Assembly (NCBI GenBank): GCA_054600435.1
Contig: BAAIJX010000039.1
Coordinates: 62,001-126,000, forward strand
Source: Neophaeotheca triangularis
Lineage: Eukaryota
Direction: 5' to 3'
DNA: 64,000 nt
The notes beneath the pieces are model-generated. The model was given only the letters and a program-made list of their open reading frames with translations. It searched no databases and had not been told where the DNA came from. The translations under genes were made by a program, and so were the position numbers. This document shows positions 62,954-64,000 of this stretch, one piece after another; position 1 is the stretch's first letter; each line of letters begins with the position of its first letter.

Positions 62954-63121
62954 GCGGCGCGTCGCTCCGGATCTTTAAACATCGACTTCATCAATGCCGA
63001 ATATACATACATACACGCAATTATCTTGATATTGCAGTACAGTGTTGCCTCATGGCGTATCTCCATTCTTCCAGCACGAACGTATGACTTACGATGATAG
63101 TTTTATCACTCACGGCCGAGC

Positions 63122-64000
63122 ATGTCCATTCCTAGCCATGCATCCAACAACGCAAGAAACATAGAGAGGCTATCTCAGAAACGGAAGCGAGACGAGAGCG
63201 AGAATGGAGAAATCAACGAAACACCCTTCACTATCCAGGTGTGTGTCGACTCTACGCACTTGTCTTCATGCCCGTGTTGCTGACTACGGCGCCAGCCACC
63301 GTCTTCTGATCCTTTCGGCCGCCCTCTAGTACTTACTCCAATCTGTCTCGTGTCGCGTACTCAGCTTCCCCTCGCCTACCTCGACACCACATCTTCCGGT
63401 GGCCAACTATTCTCAGCAAACATCCAGCCACTAGATGCTGCCATAGACCACGGGCACGACCGGTGCGTGCTCGTCGCTGCTGACGAGAGGGAGGGTCGTC
63501 TACATGCCATTGAAAAGGCGGGGCAAAGGAAATATGCTTTGTGTATGCTTAGAACATGGGTGAGAGAGGACGACTTGGTGAATCGAGCGAGTAGGACCGG
63601 TCATGTGGAAGAGAGGCCCGTCAAGAGATTGGGAAGGGAGCAGAAGCCTGGCATAGCGCAGCCTTGGTGGGCTATTTGTGCCACTGACCCACCAGCTGGC
63701 GCTGAAGATGGCATCGAGGGCTCCAAACAGCCCAAGCTCACGATGCTTATTCCGGAGACAGTACTCGAACAATCGCGTCAAGATGCTGCCCTACCGCACG
63801 GGAACGGTGCCGTCGCCTCGGCACCTGACGAAGCTACGCTGCACTACGACGACAATATGACGACGATACCGACAGAGACTGTGTTACGAGAACTTGGCAA
63901 GCAGTACCTCGATGCTCTCTACACGTCTAAAGCATCACTGGCCTTCTTTGCCAAAGGACCACTGGCACGTGCAAGAGCATGCCTCGCTAGCGAATTGGCA
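63122..64000 (+). CDS. SLD3: DNA replication regulator Sld3, N-terminal part (runs off the window); intron 63239-63295
   Basis: RTQLPLAYLD, LHAIEK...YALCMLRTWV, QYLDALYTSKASLAFFAKGPLARARA, recognised as the filamentous-fungal Sld3 N-terminus; frame open to the end. Confidence 0.8.

Noticed and set aside
1..64000. Transposons, CRISPR arrays or a secondary-metabolite cluster
   Set aside because: No transposase/RT motifs, LTRs/TIRs, spacer arrays or PKS/NRPS seen; neighbouring genes are functionally unrelated

Overview
Gene-dense euchromatic segment of a filamentous ascomycete. It has short GT-AG introns with CTAAC/CTGAC branch points, and protein style suggests a Dothideomycete (inference). 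About 26 protein genes can be modelled: RPS13, TOS1-like, PEX13, Dpy-30/SDC1, DUF3807-like, stomatin-like, KIN1, RPL9, CHD1, RLI1, a SAM methyltransferase, PFA4, a PAS hybrid histidine kinase, an O-FucT-like gene with a frameshift, eIF3h, a GST, ADH, WHI2, TIM54, partial SLD3 and several hypotheticals. No tRNA, rRNA or intact transposon is supportable. The best leads are five. (1) WHI2 has a 154-codon, completely ATG-free in-frame upstream extension that begins at a GTG in strong Kozak context and carries a PPxY motif, a candidate non-AUG long isoform. (2) A ~225-nt multi-branched structured RNA candidate lies downstream of RPL9. (3) A secreted scytalone-dehydratase-fold protein carries N-glycosylation sequons and an altered active site. 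(4) Tandem splice donors overlap a stop codon and could switch a protein's C-terminus. (5) C/A-to-G/T skew switches recur independently of gene orientation. All family calls are from motif recognition by eye; no database search was run.
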